DNA of 48,324 bases from UHGV virus genome UHGV-0479444, one strand, 5' to 3'. The position numbers and the translations under genes were made by a program. Numbering within the stretch: position 1 is the first letter of the stretch; every line of letters begins with the position of its first letter. Of the stretch, positions 45,882-48,324 are shown one piece after another. Source of the DNA: a virus. The notes beneath the pieces were generated by a model. It worked only from the letters and a program-made list of their open reading frames with translations, did no database searches and was not told the DNA's origin.

Positions 45882-46325
45882 GTGTATAAATTGAGAACAA
45901 ACGATATTAAGCGTTTAGTTGAATACTACATAAAGAAATTTAATACAAGAAATCCTTTTAAACTTGCAAACTGTTTAAATGTCGAAGTTCAATTAGGACC
46001 TTTGGGAAGTCGAGCTGGATGCTATATGTTTCTGAAGAATCACAAATGTGTTTTCTTAAATGAAGATTTAGAGGAACATGAGCTGAATCTTGTAATGGCT
46101 CACGAGTTAGCACACTCCATTCTTCACAGAAAAGAAAATTGCTACTTTATCAGAAACAAGACTCTTCTGTTATCTTCTACCAATGAAATAGAAGCTAACA
46201 CATTTGCCGCAGAACTTCTCATACCAGATTCTTTAATCTATGAGAATCCAGGCATGACAAAAAGCCAGATTGCGAGGCTGGCTGGATATGATGAAAAGAT
46301 TATGGAATTTAAAAGCGTATTGTGA
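45882..46325 (+). CDS. immA: ImmA/IrrE-family metallopeptidase (147 aa)
   Basis: HEXXH motif HELAHSILH with downstream EIEANTFAAELL. Adjacent to the XRE repressor. Confidence 0.8.
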   Translation: MYKLRTNDIKRLVEYYIKKFNTRNPFKLANCLNVEVQLGPLGSRAGCYMFLKNHKCVFLNEDLEEHELNLVMAHELAHSILHRKENCYFIRNKTLLLSSTNEIEANTFAAELLIPDSLIYENPGMTKSQIARLAGYDEKIMEFKSVL

Positions 46326-46383
46326 TTCCTATATAAAAAAACGCCTTTTATCGAACTGGTGTTTTTTTAGAAAGAGTGATATA

Positions 46384-47274
46384 ATGAACACTAAAGAGAA
46401 TCTAAATTCATACATTGTAACTCGGTACTTTTTAAATAAAGACGCGCAAATGCATATGGATGATATGCTCATGCCAAAAACAAAAGAACAAATTTTTTCA
46501 GAAGTTCTTTTGCAATTAAAAAATGAAAAATATATCTGTGGATTTATTGGAACCCAACAATATCGCATATATTTTTCGAAAACCTTCTCAGATACAAGAC
46601 TACTATTAAAATTTGCAAAAAGAAAAGATATTACTCTTAATACGGCTACGGAAACTGATATCAATAAGGTTAATAAGGATGACTATCCTTTTTCTTATAT
46701 TATAGTAGATACTAATAAACAGTTATTTCTTATTCAGAAAAATAAAGAGATATCTACAAATAGTCAAACGCTTGTTAATTCTGTTGAAAAAATTTTTTCT
46801 TCGTTTTTAATAAAAAGATCTATTTCATTACGGCTTACACCTATCACTAAAAGAGGCACTTTTTGGGACGCAGTCGAAAAAAACATGGGAAAAATATCTT
46901 CTTTAGAATTCGAATTTCTTTCTCCAAATTATCTCGGTCAATCCTATAAAATAAACGAGTTAATGAAAGAATTGAAAAGTGAAACTAATACAGACTCTAT
47001 GAAAATGGCTATAAAAAACGAAAAAGGGAATCTTACTATTTTAAACAAATATCATTTTTTCAAAGATTCTTTGCAGTACATTTCTAACGGCGGTGGGAAA
47101 TGGAAAATGAAGTTTTTAGGTGGAGGAAATATAACAAGCGAAGAAAAGCCTGTGGAACAAACTGTAGATATCTCTATCATGCAAAACAATTCAGATGCAA
47201 ATGACAAATTACAAGAAGTATTTCAAAATATTGACTTAATAGAAGGTGATAACCATGAAGAGGATGTTTCATAA
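46384..47274 (+). CDS. Hypothetical protein (296 aa), AT-rich, in the lysogeny operon
   Basis: ATG at 46384. Possible degenerate PD-(D/E)xK-like stretch YIIVDTNKQLFLIQKNKE. No confident domain. Confidence 0.55.
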   Translation: MNTKENLNSYIVTRYFLNKDAQMHMDDMLMPKTKEQIFSEVLLQLKNEKYICGFIGTQQYRIYFSKTFSDTRLLLKFAKRKDITLNTATETDINKVNKDDYPFSYIIVDTNKQLFLIQKNKEISTNSQTLVNSVEKIFSSFLIKRSISLRLTPITKRGTFWDAVEKNMGKISSLEFEFLSPNYLGQSYKINELMKELKSETNTDSMKMAIKNEKGNLTILNKYHFFKDSLQYISNGGGKWKMKFLGGGNITSEEKPVEQTVDISIMQNNSDANDKLQEVFQNIDLIEGDNHEEDVS

Positions 47275-47713
47275 TCCTATATTTAAAATATGCTTATTGT
47301 TAATAATATCGATTTCTTTGTCAATAGCTTTCGACTATTCAAAAAATCCAATTATTCAATATGATTATGTGCTCACTACCAACATAGCTCTTTTTTCCCT
47401 TGCTCTTGCTGTAACAACCATTTTCTTTACAATTCTTGATAGATATCAGCAGGCACTGCATAATCGCAAAAAAGACGCACTTATTAATAGTATAACAAGT
47501 GAAATGGGGGATAATACACACTCTCTACTTATCTTAACTGCTGTAACTTTTATAACATCACTTTTTCAAGATGCCTTAAATAAGATACCTGAAGTCGATG
47601 TTAATTCATGTATTTTAATATTTATTTTATCCCTTACACTACTAACTACTTATGACATTACTAGAGCAACCGTAACACTAATTAAAAATATTTTTTTATT
47701 AAGGGATTTATAA
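47255..47713 (+). CDS. Small integral membrane protein (152 aa, ~4 TM helices), translationally coupled to the upstream gene
   Basis: AGAAGGTGA RBS. Overlaps the upstream ORF by 20 nt. Confidence 0.5.
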   Translation: MKRMFHNPIFKICLLLIISISLSIAFDYSKNPIIQYDYVLTTNIALFSLALAVTTIFFTILDRYQQALHNRKKDALINSITSEMGDNTHSLLILTAVTFITSLFQDALNKIPEVDVNSCILIFILSLTLLTTYDITRATVTLIKNIFLLRDL

Positions 47714-47786
47714 TATGGCTTTCAAAAAATATAACCGCTTCGGCGTTTATATATATAAATTGTGGGAAAAGTACAGAGGAAGAGAG

Positions 47787-48290
47787 GAAATTATGAAAAA
47801 GAAAATTATAGCTATGTTATTAACTGGAGCTATTGTATTGTCCATTACAGCATGTGATGGAAATACGGACTCCGAAAAAGATAACAAGGCAAATGCAGAA
47901 ACCACAACAAAGCAAGAAGAACCAGAGGCTGATGTTACGTATCAAAGTATTCTCGATGATTATACAAAGAAGATTGCTGATGCGACTCCGGGACTTGTGG
48001 AAGAATATAATAACGAAGCTGCTCCGATTGCCGGAGACTTAAATGCACTTGCTGAATTATCAAATAGCAAAGTAGGAAAATTAGCCGAAATTTCCAACCA
48101 GGGAGTTTCCGAAATGGCTACACTGATGCAGAAGAATGGAGACGAGTACAGCGTCTATGAGGAATGGTCATTAAAGTTAACTGATGTGTATACACAGTAC
48201 GCCACACAAATTACTGATGCATACACTGCCTCTGCTGCTGGAATGAGCACAGAAGACATAATGAATTCATTAAATTCTTTAGGAGAATAA
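47787..48290 (+). CDS. Lipoprotein (167 aa)
   Basis: Signal peptide with lipobox SITAC. AGAGGAAGAGAGG RBS. Confidence 0.6.
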   Translation, partial: EIMKKKIIAMLLTGAIVLSITACDGNTDSEKDNKANAETTTKQEEPEADVTYQSILDDYTKKIADATPGLVEEYNNEAAPIAGDLNALAELSNSKVGKLAEISNQGVSEMATLMQKNGDEYSVYEEWSLKLTDVYTQYATQITDAYTASAAGMSTEDIMNSLNSLGE

Positions 48291-48324
48291 AATAAAAACC
48301 GCCCCGGTGCTACCAACACCGAGA

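Noticed and set aside
48291-48324. Terminator after the right-edge lipoprotein
   Set aside because: Only a partial hairpin without a T-tract is visible before the window ends.

Overview
The window is almost entirely one integrated temperate siphovirus-type prophage of about 48 kb, in a low-GC Firmicutes/Clostridia-like background (judged from codon usage and RBS style).

**Layout, left to right**
- Large serine recombinase at the left edge (148-1680, + strand), with host flank before it.
- A strongly promoted + strand accessory operon of three genes ending in an XRE HTH protein (2115-3117).
- Lysis cassette on the - strand: amidase endolysin, a 29-aa coupled ORF and a TcdE-type holin (3341-4729).
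- Late structural operon on the - strand (4812-30983).
  - Tail: mosaic Tal/tail-fibre with collagen-like repeats, Dit, 1405-aa tape measure, major tail protein, tail chaperones.
  - Head: neck proteins, a collagen-like small protein, major capsid, scaffold, a MuF-family minor head protein with a C-terminal HExxH extension and a coupled Zn-ribbon ORF, portal, TerL, TerS.
- An AT-rich membrane-protein moron with its own promoter and terminator (31045-31779).
- A tRNA-Ile(UAU) plus a tRNA-like fragment and hairpins (31938-32300).
- Early/replication region on the - strand (32396-45229): ArpU-like late activator, YopX, two Lar-type Zn-ribbon proteins, C5 cytosine methyltransferase, replisome organiser, RusA, NinB/Orf, a putative annealing protein, an ORF6N antirepressor and Cro.
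- Genetic switch with repeated TTCTGAAAA half-sites (45230-45459).
- A + strand lysogeny operon: cI-like XRE repressor, ImmA metallopeptidase, then an AT-rich 296-aa protein translationally coupled to a 152-aa 4-TM protein (45460-47713).
- A lipoprotein gene at the right edge.

**Notable organisation**
A roughly 6.3 kb accessory island (14391-20650) sits between the tail chaperones and the tape-measure gene. It carries Rha and Bro/ORF6N antirepressor-like genes, an RHH protein, two lipoprotein morons each with its own terminator, and a repeat-containing structured element.

No CRISPR array, reverse transcriptase or rRNA is present. All product calls rest on motif and synteny recognition by eye; no database search was run.
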